Shown here piece by piece: positions 9,083 to 18,897 of a stretch of DNA of 64,000 nucleotides. Each line of letters starts with the position of its first letter. Positions within the stretch are counted from its first letter, which is position 1. The stretch lies in the NCBI GenBank assembly GCA_964512315.1, contig CAZEIK010000003.1, forward strand, positions 22,548 through 86,547, in the 5' to 3' direction. The stretch is from an uncultured Candidatus Saccharibacteria bacterium (GTDB lineage Bacteria; Patescibacteriota; Minisyncoccia; Phycocordibacterales; UBA5272). Both the position numbers and the translations under genes were made by a program. Under the pieces are notes generated by a model. The model did no database searches, was not told the origin of the DNA, and was given only the letters and a program-made list of their open reading frames with translations.

Positions 9083-9626
9083 TCATTAATTTTTTATACA
9101 CCTCAACCAAGGCTCGCGTATCTGCGAGTGCTGTGTGGGCACGCTTGTTATCAACTTTAAAAAGTTCACACAACGCCCTTAAGCTAAAGCTTTGAGCTTG
9201 AGGCAAGTCGTAGAGTCTGGCGAAAGCAATAGAAATGGTATCCAGTTTACCGTAATGCATCTGATTCTCAACGCCGGTTTCTTCAAATGCTTTTTGTACG
9301 AATGAGTAGTCGAAAGTTAGATTATGAGATACAAAAGTTGAAGATTGAGTTAACTTTGCGAACTCCTCCATCGCTGCCTTGCGATCAACAGCAAACATCC
9401 AATCAACCTCATTATAACCATTAACACGCAGCGCTTCTTCTTCGGCTAAGTCTGGTCTTTGCATTTTAATTTTCCACTCTTTTTCAGCAATTATTTCTAA
9501 CTTAGGACCCTTGCCTTCACGCTCTGTTTGCTTAGCTAATATTACTGCTAACTCGATAATCTCATGCTTGTCTGGGTTGGTGCCCGTTGTTTCTGTATCT
9601 ATAAATGCTAAGTTATGTGCTTTCAT
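9075..9626 (-). CDS. DEDDh-family 3'-5' exonuclease (DnaQ/epsilon-like domain).
   Basis: Exo I motif FIDTETTG, Exo II HN, Exo III HTALADT. Confidence 0.7.
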   Translation of the reverse strand: MKAHNLAFIDTETTGTNPDKHEIIELAVILAKQTEREGKGPKLEIIAEKEWKIKMQRPDLAEEEALRVNGYNEVDWMFAVDRKAAMEEFAKLTQSSTFVSHNLTFDYSFVQKAFEETGVENQMHYGKLDTISIAFARLYDLPQAQSFSLRALCELFKVDNKRAHTALADTRALVEVYKKLMNA

Positions 9627-9664
9627 GTAGTTTAATCTTAAAGATTATAACATGAAAGAGGTCA

Positions 9665-10525
9665 CTATTTCATGTACTTTTCTATGTTCTTGCGATGCTC
9701 TTTGAATGTTTTTGCGTAATACATATTACCATCGTCTCCTGTTATATAGTAAAGGTAAGATGTTCTAGTTGGGTTACGAACGGCGTTGATTGCATCTAAT
9801 CCAGGGTTATTAATCGGTGTTGTCGGGGCTCCATATATCTCATATGTAGTTGTAGCCACATCAACTTGTAGTGGCATGTCTATAGCTAGCCTTTCAAGAA
9901 GAATACCAGCAACTATTTTCATGTCGTCCACATTGTTAGCTTCAGCTTGAACAATACTCGCAAGAGATAGAAGTTCTGGTTCCACATAACCAACTTTTTT
10001 GTTAAATTCTTTACGCATTGTGGCAATAACATCTGTAGTATCTGACTCTGGCAAGAAGAAATAAGTATCTGGGAATAAGTATCCTTCGTTTCTTTTTGCT
10101 TCAGCAATAAATTCTTCCTTTTTTATATTCTGTAACCTACCCACAACACGTTCAGCTATATCTTCAGCAGTAAATCCTTCTGGTATAGTTATTGAAATTG
10201 CCGGAACATCGAACTTGCCAGATGAGAACTTGTTTATGATACCCATTAAGTTAGCCGGCTTATCGAATATATATAGCCCGGCTACGATTTTCTTATCTTT
10301 CTTAACTAGTGACATATACGCACGCATTAGAACTGGCGACTTTAAATACCCTTCGTCTTTTAAATCTTGCGTAATCTCATAAATATTTGAACCACTCTTA
10401 ACTTCAAACACTTCGTTAACCGGGAAATTTGAAGTCGGGACAAAAACATAACTGTACACAATCGATAGGAATATCGCCCCGATTATATACTCCATTATTC
10501 TTATGATTCTAATATTTCTTTTCAT
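9665..10525 (-). CDS. mltG: Endolytic murein transglycosylase MltG (YceG-like).
   Basis: N-terminal TM helix. YceG motifs SIVQAEAN, GILLERL, PG...AI.NP. Confidence 0.75.
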   Translation of the reverse strand: MKRNIRIIRIMEYIIGAIFLSIVYSYVFVPTSNFPVNEVFEVKSGSNIYEITQDLKDEGYLKSPVLMRAYMSLVKKDKKIVAGLYIFDKPANLMGIINKFSSGKFDVPAISITIPEGFTAEDIAERVVGRLQNIKKEEFIAEAKRNEGYLFPDTYFFLPESDTTDVIATMRKEFNKKVGYVEPELLSLASIVQAEANNVDDMKIVAGILLERLAIDMPLQVDVATTTYEIYGAPTTPINNPGLDAINAVRNPTRTSYLYYITGDDGNMYYAKTFKEHRKNIEKYMK

Positions 10526-10530
10526 TAGAT

Positions 10531-12102
10531 TTAAATTGGTAAATTATTAGGCGCGTCACCTTTGACACTATCAACCCTACGCAACCCTGGTGTTGTTGCA
10601 ACAGCTCCAGGCAAGTGCCATAAAGTTGCAAGCTCTTCCAAGTTAAGTACGAATACATTATCTGGATGAGGATGATGTGTAGGGTAAAGGAATCCTTCCC
10701 ACATTATACGACCTATCTTACGAAAGCCCAATGACCTTTTGAACAGTGCCCAGTCCCACCAATCATCTATGTCAATAATATTTTTTGGTTTGCTATTTTT
10801 ATTTCTAACTTCTATGTGTGGGTAGAATGCTTCGCGCTCAACATAAGCTTCGAAGAATTCTTCTTTTCTCCATGGCTTGCGTTTTTTAAAAGTGTCTTGC
10901 CAATCATAATCATATGGGTCAGATGGACTAAGTCCAAATGTGTTATATCCTGGTTGAGACATATGTTTGAACACGCTTAATACAGATTGAATATTTTGGC
11001 CATTAAAGTTTTCTTTTTTAGCAAGATACATAACCCTAATAGCTGCACGCACTGTGGGTTTAGAAAGTTTTTTACCTATAGCTTCTATTTCCTTCTTTTC
11101 TTCTTCGTGCAAGTCCATCGGTTTCTTCTTTTCAAATCTTTCCTCGTCATCTTTGCCATAAGTAAGGTCGACTTCTATCTCTTTTTCAGAACCGTCTTCT
11201 TGTTTAACTTTTATTCTTTTCTTTTTAGCGTTACCATACTCGTCATAAATAGTGTCTCCTTTTTTATATTTACCCCCAACCTTAACTTCTCTTATCTGTT
11301 TAATTCTAAGGGCCGCCAATTCTTTTAGGGTTAGATGTTTGTGATCCAGAGGATTAACATATGTGGCATCAAATTTTTTATTGTTGAAGCTTCCATCTTC
11401 ATCTTGCACCATTATCTGATACCAGCCGAATTCATTTTTACCCAGAGAGCCCAACCACTCCAGCATTGGAGTAAGCGGATCATGTTTGAACTCCTCTTTG
11501 GGATCTTTATTCATCTCAAAGTCAACATATGTTTTGATTGGTATATAATCAGCTTTCATTTCTAGCTTTTCCAGCTTCTTACCCTTATCCTCTTCTTGAA
11601 CTGTAAATTTTCTGTTCGTAAAAAAATCGCACGCCCACAAGTTAGTCTGATCCGATCTGTGGTCGTAGAAAATTTTTGTAACATAGTCCTCAGCTTCATT
11701 TATTTCAATGTTAGGGTATTGAGAATAGAAGTTATTTTGTATAAGTTGTATAAACTTTTTCTGAGTTCGTATAAAAAATCTAACATTACCTTCTATTGAA
11801 GCGATTTCTAAAGAAAAGAAAATTGGTAAGTTACCTTTTATATTTCTCACATACCAATTACCTATTCCTCCTCCCTGAAGAAATGCCGCTGAGGCTATCT
11901 CAGTAGCAAGAGGTGATTTAAATACATCTCGAGGAATTTTTATTTCTAATAACTTCCAATCTAAACCATCCAAATGTTTCTGATTAACATACAACATCCA
12001 GAACTTCCAGGCCCAAGCACACATAATTAAGAAAAGGGATAGATATACAACAAATAAGAAAATATCTAAAACTATCTGCATTTGTTGTAAGTATAACAAC
12101 AA
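10531..12102 (-). CDS. Hypothetical membrane-anchored protein, 523 aa.
   Basis: N-terminal 2-TM region, then a large K/E-rich soluble domain. No family recognised. Confidence 0.5.
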   Translation of the reverse strand: MLLYLQQMQIVLDIFLFVVYLSLFLIMCAWAWKFWMLYVNQKHLDGLDWKLLEIKIPRDVFKSPLATEIASAAFLQGGGIGNWYVRNIKGNLPIFFSLEIASIEGNVRFFIRTQKKFIQLIQNNFYSQYPNIEINEAEDYVTKIFYDHRSDQTNLWACDFFTNRKFTVQEEDKGKKLEKLEMKADYIPIKTYVDFEMNKDPKEEFKHDPLTPMLEWLGSLGKNEFGWYQIMVQDEDGSFNNKKFDATYVNPLDHKHLTLKELAALRIKQIREVKVGGKYKKGDTIYDEYGNAKKKRIKVKQEDGSEKEIEVDLTYGKDDEERFEKKKPMDLHEEEKKEIEAIGKKLSKPTVRAAIRVMYLAKKENFNGQNIQSVLSVFKHMSQPGYNTFGLSPSDPYDYDWQDTFKKRKPWRKEEFFEAYVEREAFYPHIEVRNKNSKPKNIIDIDDWWDWALFKRSLGFRKIGRIMWEGFLYPTHHPHPDNVFVLNLEELATLWHLPGAVATTPGLRRVDSVKGDAPNNLPI

Positions 12103-12130
12103 AAATAACTTTTGTGTCTATCTGTAAAGC

Positions 12131-13168
12131 TTAAGCAAGTGAATAAAGTCCAGCTTGGTTCTTCTTGAAGAATTTAGAATTCTGAAGATTAACAACAATA
12201 GTGTTCGGTTTAACTTCACGCAAAGCTAGAACTTTGTCTATTATGTCTTGTTTAGACATCGGAGAACCCACCTCTTCCATTACAACTTTTATCAAATCAC
12301 GGACAACGCCACCGGTGTGACCCCAGTCTTTCAATCCGTACATACCGCGCCCAACTAGGACAAATCTCTTATCCTTGATAAGTTCATTATGGCAAGTTGC
12401 AACGTGCGCTTTTTTATTAAATGTTGAATTGATCTCTTTGGCAACGTCACGGAAATGCATAGGCTTACCTTCACGACGAAGTATTAAATATGCATAATCC
12501 TTAATACCACGAGCTTTAACAGCAGAACTAGTAACATGGCCCCATTCATTAAGAGGGTTCTTAGCTATAACTTTAGAGATAGATAGATATCTCTTGATAA
12601 CGTCGCGATTATCTTTGTACTCAGAAGCAAGAGCTGATAAGTCTGACACAAAACGAGATACGATTTCTTCTTCTTTTACTAATTCGTCTTTTGTAACATT
12701 CTTGTGCAGATTAGAAAGTGCGGAGTGAACATGCTTAGCCACCTCGTCGTCAACGCTCCATCTGTGGTCAAAATTATCATCTTCTTTGTGTTTCTTGAAC
12801 TTGCCAGAAAGAGTCATGAAGAAGTTAATGTGGTTATGTACAACCTCGTCATTAGAAATATGCTCCATTAATGTCTTCTCAGGAACTATTGATCCTAACA
12901 CTTTGACTATCTCCGCTAACTCCTCGAATACATTTTCTGCCTCTTTGTAGTCTTTTGATTTTTGTATTGATCCTAGTGCAAAATTCTCAATCTGGCGTAC
13001 ACGCTCACGAGTAATACCATACTCACGACCAATAGACTCTAGAGTATTCCTCTCTTTTGATTCTAGTCCGTATCTCTTTGTAATGACTTCTCTAGTGCGC
13101 GGATTAAGAGCATTTAGAAGCTTTTTAGAAACCGCTTTTGGTTTGAAAGTTAATTGTACTGTAGACAT
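12131..13168 (-). CDS. Sigma-70 region-4-like HTH domain protein.
   Basis: N-terminal region matches sigma70 region 4 (LESIGREYGITRERVRQIENFAL). No regions 2 or 3. Confidence 0.5.
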   Translation of the reverse strand: MSTVQLTFKPKAVSKKLLNALNPRTREVITKRYGLESKERNTLESIGREYGITRERVRQIENFALGSIQKSKDYKEAENVFEELAEIVKVLGSIVPEKTLMEHISNDEVVHNHINFFMTLSGKFKKHKEDDNFDHRWSVDDEVAKHVHSALSNLHKNVTKDELVKEEEIVSRFVSDLSALASEYKDNRDVIKRYLSISKVIAKNPLNEWGHVTSSAVKARGIKDYAYLILRREGKPMHFRDVAKEINSTFNKKAHVATCHNELIKDKRFVLVGRGMYGLKDWGHTGGVVRDLIKVVMEEVGSPMSKQDIIDKVLALREVKPNTIVVNLQNSKFFKKNQAGLYSLA

Positions 13169-13223
13169 ACTTTATAAAGGCATTTGTAAATTAATATTAT
13201 TTTACTACAAAAGACATTTTTCG

Positions 13224-15623
13224 TCAAATAACTATATTTATAAGCCTATTTTTGATGTTTATAACCTTTTTGGGTTCAGAAGTAACATATTTAGCCCACA
13301 AATCTTGCTCCTTAACAAGATCTAATAACTCACTTTCTTCTATGTCTTTACCTACTTTTACCTCACCTCTTAACTTACCGTTCACCTGAATAGCAATAAC
13401 TACTTCATTTGCGGTTAACTTGGTCTCATCATACTCAGGCCATATCTCCTCTATATAATCTTTACACATTTCTGGAGCAAATATAGACAATATAGACATG
13501 AATTTATCGTATTCACTCTGAGACAAGCCATTAGACTCTAACTCGTTGAGCAATACCATCATAGATGATATGGCTGTGTTAAATTTGAATCCCTCTACAT
13601 CCTCGGCAACCTTTTTAACTGTCTGATGTATTATGTTCTCATTCTTACAAGAATTTCCTATTTTAGCTTTCAATCTCTCGACTCTTTCTAGAAATCTTTT
13701 TACTCCAACTATAGACTTTGAATCCCATACACCAGTCTGGCCAAATGGCCCCATGAACATCACATACATACGCGCTACATCAGACCCATGTTCACGTATA
13801 ACATCGTCTGGGTTGATTACATTGCCAAGCCTCTTACTCATCTTAACTCCACCTTCTCCCAGAACTAGACCGACTGTCTCAAGTCTTACGAATGGCTCTA
13901 TACTTTTGACTAGTCCTAAGTCATACAAAAACTTATGCCAGAATCTTCCATATATCAAATGCCTTGTCGCATGCTCAACCCCACCAACATAAACATCCAC
14001 TTGTGGGAACTTTTCTTGAGACTCTTTAGAGAATATTTCTTTATCGTTATGAGCATCAGGGAATCTTAACCAATACCAACTACTCCCTGCCCATTGCGGC
14101 ATTGTATTAGTCTCTCGCTTGAAGAGTTTAGCTTTGGGATCAGATTTATCACAAGTCACAAACTCCCCTTCGTCGTTAATAATCCCATACACATCAGTGA
14201 ACTCGCTTATATTGGCAAGTGGTGACTCGCCTGTTCCAGTTGGCTCATAGCTTTCAACTTCTGGCAATAACACTGGCAGCTCTGAGTCCGCAACAAGGTA
14301 TGACTTACTATAATCTGCCTTGCCATTACTACCAGTAGCAAATACAACTGGGAATGGCTCACCCCAATAACGCTGCCTTGCGAACACCCAATCACGAAGC
14401 TTGTACTTCTTAACCAACCTACCACCAACCGCCTCTGTGATTTTTACACGAGCAACTTCACTTGTCATATCATTAAAATCACTAGAATTTATTAATCTGC
14501 CATCGTGTGTGAATAAATCTAGTTCTATTTTAGGGTATATAGGTTGATTATTTACAAAACCTGCGACGTTGCCGATATTTGGAGCAATCTCAAAAGTTTC
14601 AGGATTTATAACTTGTACTATATCTATACTATATTTCTTGGCAAACTCTCCATCACGCTCATCGTGGGCTGGCACTGCCATGATTGCACCTGTTCCATAT
14701 GATGCGAGTACATAGTCAGCAATATAAACTGGAACTTCTTTTTGATTAGCTGGATTAATAGCCATCACACCCTCGAGCTTTACGCCTGTTTTTTCTCTAC
14801 CTTCTGCGCTACGTTCGATGTCTGTTCTATTCTTAACTTCTGCTAAGTAATTCTTAACCTCTTCCGTGTTACTAATAATATTTTTATCTAATAGTTCTGA
14901 GACCAACTTATGCTCCGGTGCGAGTACTGTATAAGTGCAACCAAAAAGGGTGTCGGCACGAGTTGTGAACACTGTGAATTTACCTTCAAAATTATTGGAC
15001 TTCAAATTGAAATCTATCTCGGAACCTTCTGAGCGGCCGATCCAGTTACGCTGTAAGTCTTTGACCCAAGGCTGCCACTCTGTTAATGTATCCAGGTCAT
15101 CAACTAATCTGTCTGCATAGTCAGTAATCTTGAGAATCCATTGGCGTAAAGGCTTCTTTTCTACAACACTTCCGCAACGCTCACACTTGCCATCCTCCAG
15201 GTCTTCGTTAGCGAGCCCAGTCATACACGATGGACACCAATTGATCGGCTCATAACTTTCATAAGCTAGACCTTTTTTATACAACTGCTTCCATATCCAT
15301 TGTGTCCAACGATAGAACTCCGGATCAGTTGTAGAGAAAACTTTGTCATAATCATAAGAAAGATTTAACTCTTTCATTTGCCTTAGAAAGTTATTGCAAT
15401 TTTTCTCTGTGGAGATTTTAGGATTAACCTTGTTTTTGATTGCGAATTGCTCAGCTGGCAAGCCGAATGCATCGAATCCTGTTGGATGCAGAACATCTAA
15501 TCCAAGCTTTCTTTTGTATCTGCTGTATATGTCGCTAGCGGTGTAGACTTTGGCATGACCCATATGCAATCCTTCACCTGACGGGTATGGGAACATGTCT
15601 AATACATAAGAAGTCTTTTTCAT
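13224..15623 (-). CDS. leuS: Leucyl-tRNA synthetase.
   Basis: HIGH-type motif (HMGH), KMSKS (KMSKRLGN), 799 aa. Confidence 0.95.
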   Translation of the reverse strand: MKKTSYVLDMFPYPSGEGLHMGHAKVYTASDIYSRYKRKLGLDVLHPTGFDAFGLPAEQFAIKNKVNPKISTEKNCNNFLRQMKELNLSYDYDKVFSTTDPEFYRWTQWIWKQLYKKGLAYESYEPINWCPSCMTGLANEDLEDGKCERCGSVVEKKPLRQWILKITDYADRLVDDLDTLTEWQPWVKDLQRNWIGRSEGSEIDFNLKSNNFEGKFTVFTTRADTLFGCTYTVLAPEHKLVSELLDKNIISNTEEVKNYLAEVKNRTDIERSAEGREKTGVKLEGVMAINPANQKEVPVYIADYVLASYGTGAIMAVPAHDERDGEFAKKYSIDIVQVINPETFEIAPNIGNVAGFVNNQPIYPKIELDLFTHDGRLINSSDFNDMTSEVARVKITEAVGGRLVKKYKLRDWVFARQRYWGEPFPVVFATGSNGKADYSKSYLVADSELPVLLPEVESYEPTGTGESPLANISEFTDVYGIINDEGEFVTCDKSDPKAKLFKRETNTMPQWAGSSWYWLRFPDAHNDKEIFSKESQEKFPQVDVYVGGVEHATRHLIYGRFWHKFLYDLGLVKSIEPFVRLETVGLVLGEGGVKMSKRLGNVINPDDVIREHGSDVARMYVMFMGPFGQTGVWDSKSIVGVKRFLERVERLKAKIGNSCKNENIIHQTVKKVAEDVEGFKFNTAISSMMVLLNELESNGLSQSEYDKFMSILSIFAPEMCKDYIEEIWPEYDETKLTANEVVIAIQVNGKLRGEVKVGKDIEESELLDLVKEQDLWAKYVTSEPKKVINIKNRLINIVI

Positions 15624-15646
15624 AATCTTTATAATACTATAAACAC

Positions 15647-15676
15647 AAAAGAGCGTCCAATTAGACGCTCTTTTGT
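15647..15676 (-). terminator. Intrinsic terminator downstream of the 15686-16897 gene.
   Basis: Hairpin agagcgtc-caatta-gacgctct with T-tract on the minus strand. Confidence 0.6.
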
Positions 15677-15685
15677 TCTGTATAA

Positions 15686-16897
15686 CTAGTAACTTGGATA
15701 TTTTAATGGGTCAATCGTTCTCTCGAAACACTGATAGCCAGCTTTGTGATTCCAATTCGGGCTTTTCTCCATCATACCAGGATAATAGTAAGCTGAGGCA
15801 TCTGAGTTATAAGAAGCGTATTTAGGGCTAGTATAATCAAATGCACCATTGCCACGCTGATCCATACCGTTCTCGTCATACATTCTTTCTGTTTCAAAAT
15901 TTGCACAGATTTTAAATGTTGCCTTGGTTGGAATGTCACAAGTGATCTTAGATAGATCGTAGTTAGATGTCTGATTAAAATTATTAAACTTATTTGGGTA
16001 ATAAGTCACACAATCTTGACCGCGAGCTTTTACTGTCTGTGAGTTGGTTATAACTGCGTAAGAATAATCCTCTTTGGTGCTAGGATCTTTTGGAATAATC
16101 ATGCCAGAGCTAAGACCGTCACTGTATAAGGATTTGAGGTCTGCGGGCAAAGTCTTGGTCCTCTGCCAATTAGATAATATCTGTTGTTGTATGTTAGACA
16201 GGTTTTCTAATCTCTTCTCGTCGAATCTCATTTTTCTGATCTCAGCAGGAGAGCCAAGTATGTTGATCGAATAAATAACAGCGCCAATAACTAATACAGA
16301 AGATACGACAGTAAAGACAATAGGTATTAAAGTTTTCTTTGTATAGTCACGTTTAACAAGGAAGTAATGATAAGCCGCCAACCCGAACAAAACTACAAGA
16401 GTTGTTAGCATCTTTAACCCGAAACGAATAACTAATTCACCACCCAAGTAATAATATATAGTTGTAATTATTGAGGCCACTATTGCAAACAGAGATATAA
16501 ATATAGTCACATAGTGAGGCCACTTAAGTGAGCTTACATTTCTTCTGTCGGCGTTCTTCTCAAAATATTTAGCACGCATCCAAGCTAAAGCTAAATAAAG
16601 CGGGAATGCTACCAATAAAATAGCGACTGACATTCTAACGTCATCATTTACAACATTAGTGTCATACATACTAGATGTCAGAACATCTGGATACTTTTTA
16701 TCAATGGCCTCGAAGACTACAGATATAAGCGAACCAACGCTAGCTATGAGCGATACGAATATACCCAACTCTAAACCGAACTCCTTAGGAGTGATTATTG
16801 AGCTGCTGTCCTTATTGACTAGCTTAAATATTAAGTAAATTACCCCAACTAGAATTATAAAAGGAATAAGTAAAGAAACTAAAATTGCTGCTACCAT
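15686..16897 (-). CDS. Hypothetical polytopic membrane protein with a C-terminal Cys-containing extracytoplasmic domain.
   Basis: 403 aa, 6-7 predicted TM helices. Confidence 0.5.
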   Translation of the reverse strand: MVAAILVSLLIPFIILVGVIYLIFKLVNKDSSSIITPKEFGLELGIFVSLIASVGSLISVVFEAIDKKYPDVLTSSMYDTNVVNDDVRMSVAILLVAFPLYLALAWMRAKYFEKNADRRNVSSLKWPHYVTIFISLFAIVASIITTIYYYLGGELVIRFGLKMLTTLVVLFGLAAYHYFLVKRDYTKKTLIPIVFTVVSSVLVIGAVIYSINILGSPAEIRKMRFDEKRLENLSNIQQQILSNWQRTKTLPADLKSLYSDGLSSGMIIPKDPSTKEDYSYAVITNSQTVKARGQDCVTYYPNKFNNFNQTSNYDLSKITCDIPTKATFKICANFETERMYDENGMDQRGNGAFDYTSPKYASYNSDASAYYYPGMMEKSPNWNHKAGYQCFERTIDPLKYPSY

Positions 16898-16919
16898 TTT
16901 ATTTATATTTTAAATTTGA

Positions 16920-17309
16920 TTAATCTTCGTCTCCGTCTTTAAAAAGCGAAAGTCCCCAATTAACTACAGATAAGACAACGCCAAATATTATAGCTGTCCA
17001 AAATGAATTAATTGAGAACCCCACTAAAACATAGTCCACAATCTTTATCATCAAACCATTAATAACAATTGAGAAAAGTCCAAGAGTTAATATGTTAATT
17101 GGTAAAGATATAACCTGAACTAATGGCTTAATAAGTGCGTTAACTATAGCTAATAACAAAGTTACCAACCCAAGTGTGACAAAATAATTACCACTAATAT
17201 CGGCTCCTGGCAATAAATAAACAGTAATAGCAACGGCTATTGCTGACAAAATAAAGTTTCTTATCATACCCTTCCAGTATACTACTCCTACAAAAAAGTA
17301 AATAGACAC
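16920..17309 (-). CDS. Phage-holin-family-4-like (PF04020-like) small membrane protein.
   Basis: 129 aa. Motif LLPG...LV.ALI.PL....SLP.N.LTLGLFS.VIN.LM, typical of that family. Confidence 0.55.
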   Translation of the reverse strand: MSIYFFVGVVYWKGMIRNFILSAIAVAITVYLLPGADISGNYFVTLGLVTLLLAIVNALIKPLVQVISLPINILTLGLFSIVINGLMIKIVDYVLVGFSINSFWTAIIFGVVLSVVNWGLSLFKDGDED

Positions 17310-18706
17310 TATTTTAGACCTAACTCTCTCTTTTGTTTGTCTGATATCTCGCTAGGAGCATTCATCATTAGGTCTTTACCTTCGCCAGTTTTGGCAAAAG
17401 CAATAACTTCACGAATATTTGGCTCATTTTCCATTAACATCATGAGTCTATCGAATCCCCAGGCTATACCGCCATGTGGTGGAGCACCAAATTTCATAGC
17501 TTCTATCATATGGCCGAACATCTTTTCTATTTTCTCAGAATCATACCCCATGATCTCAAAAGTGGTCCTTAATGCATCCGGGTTATAATTACGCAAACTT
17601 CCTCCTCCTATTTCAAAACCATTTAAAGTTATATCGTATTGGGTTGTTAATATATCTCCTATATTTTTCTTAGACAGAAAGTCATTCATAGAGTCTTCGC
17701 GAGGTTTTGAAAAAGGATTGTGTGTAAAAGTCCACTCCCCTGTGCCGTCAACATTGTCTTCTCCAGTTTTCTCAAACATCGGGAAATCAACAACCCATAA
17801 AAAGGCTAATAAATTAGGATCATTTTTGTCTTCTCTTATGTCCGGTCTGTCGTTACCGTATTTTTCCATAGCCTCTTTATAAGACATTCTTGGGAAAGGT
17901 ATCTGTTGTATTCTCTTTTCTGGATAAAATTTCTTAACAACTTCAATAAGCAAATTCTCATTTAAATTAATAATATCCTCCTCTGAAGCAAAACTTAACT
18001 CCATGTCGAGTTGGGTAAATTCAGGCTGACGATCACCACGAGTGTCCTCATCACGCATACAACGAGCGAATTGAAAATATCTCTCTAAGCCAGCAACCAT
18101 AAGTAGCTGTTTGTATTGTTGAGGTGATTGAGGTAGTGAATAAAAATTACCTTTCCACACTCTACTTGGAACTACATAACTACGCGAACCTTCTGGTGTT
18201 GGTGCAGACATAAGAGGTGTCTCAACCTCGACAAAGTTATTGTCTATCAAATAATTTCTAATGTATTGCTGCACAAGAGAACGATTCTTCATCGTTTTGT
18301 TAAGTCTCTCTCTTCTTAAGTCTAAATATCTATACTTTAATCTTACTTCTTCATTAACTTCCTTACCATCCGTAGTTAAGTCAAATGGTGGAGTGTTAGA
18401 TTCATTCAAAACTTTTATGCCTAAAACTTCTAACTCTATGTCCCCATTTAAAACCCCCACTTTAATATTTTTTTCAGGCCTCTTGTTTACTTTTGCAACA
18501 ACCTCTATACACCATTCTGTTCTAAGAGTTCCACCTACAGCCAGGGCTTCTACGTGATTAGGAAGGATTACGGCTTGCACAACACCAGTAGTGTCACGCA
18601 AGTCCAAGAATATCATCTTACCTTGATCGCGACGAACTTTAACCCAAACATTCACAATGACTTCTTCATTAACTTTAGAAGACAGATCTTTTACAAGAGT
18701 ACGCAT
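17309..18706 (-). CDS. aspS: Aspartyl-tRNA synthetase, bacterial type, lacking the GAD insertion domain.
   Basis: Class II motifs, FARCMRDEDTRGDRQPEFTQLD (AspRS signature). The DRPD...WVVDFPMFE junction shows deletion of the GAD domain. 465 aa. Confidence 0.85.
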   Translation of the reverse strand: MRTLVKDLSSKVNEEVIVNVWVKVRRDQGKMIFLDLRDTTGVVQAVILPNHVEALAVGGTLRTEWCIEVVAKVNKRPEKNIKVGVLNGDIELEVLGIKVLNESNTPPFDLTTDGKEVNEEVRLKYRYLDLRRERLNKTMKNRSLVQQYIRNYLIDNNFVEVETPLMSAPTPEGSRSYVVPSRVWKGNFYSLPQSPQQYKQLLMVAGLERYFQFARCMRDEDTRGDRQPEFTQLDMELSFASEEDIINLNENLLIEVVKKFYPEKRIQQIPFPRMSYKEAMEKYGNDRPDIREDKNDPNLLAFLWVVDFPMFEKTGEDNVDGTGEWTFTHNPFSKPREDSMNDFLSKKNIGDILTTQYDITLNGFEIGGGSLRNYNPDALRTTFEIMGYDSEKIEKMFGHMIEAMKFGAPPHGGIAWGFDRLMMLMENEPNIREVIAFAKTGEGKDLMMNAPSEISDKQKRELGLK

Positions 18707-18744
18707 AGTTATTACACTATAACAAAAATATTCAATATATACAA

Positions 18745-18885
18745 AATAGGACGCCCCCAGGAAGACTAATGTCTAACTGGGGGCGAAGGTGTGTGCCTTA
18801 GGAGAATTTGTCGGGGCATTGCGCCTCGACCTACAAGACACTCGGTGCGATGAGCGAAACCGCAACGAGATCTAGATTTATTATC
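18745..18885 (-). ncRNA. Candidate structured RNA / leader (GC-rich, about 55%) ending in an intrinsic terminator just upstream of aspS.
   Basis: Isolated GC-rich non-coding block. Minus-strand hairpin cgcccccag-N16-ctgggggcg followed by a U-tract. No family identified. Confidence 0.3.
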
Positions 18886-18897
18886 TAAATTTTAAGT

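Noticed and set aside
18745-18885. T-box riboswitch upstream of aspS.
   Set aside because: No AGGGUGGNACCGCG T-box sequence, and the element is only about 140 nt. Kept as an unclassified structured element.
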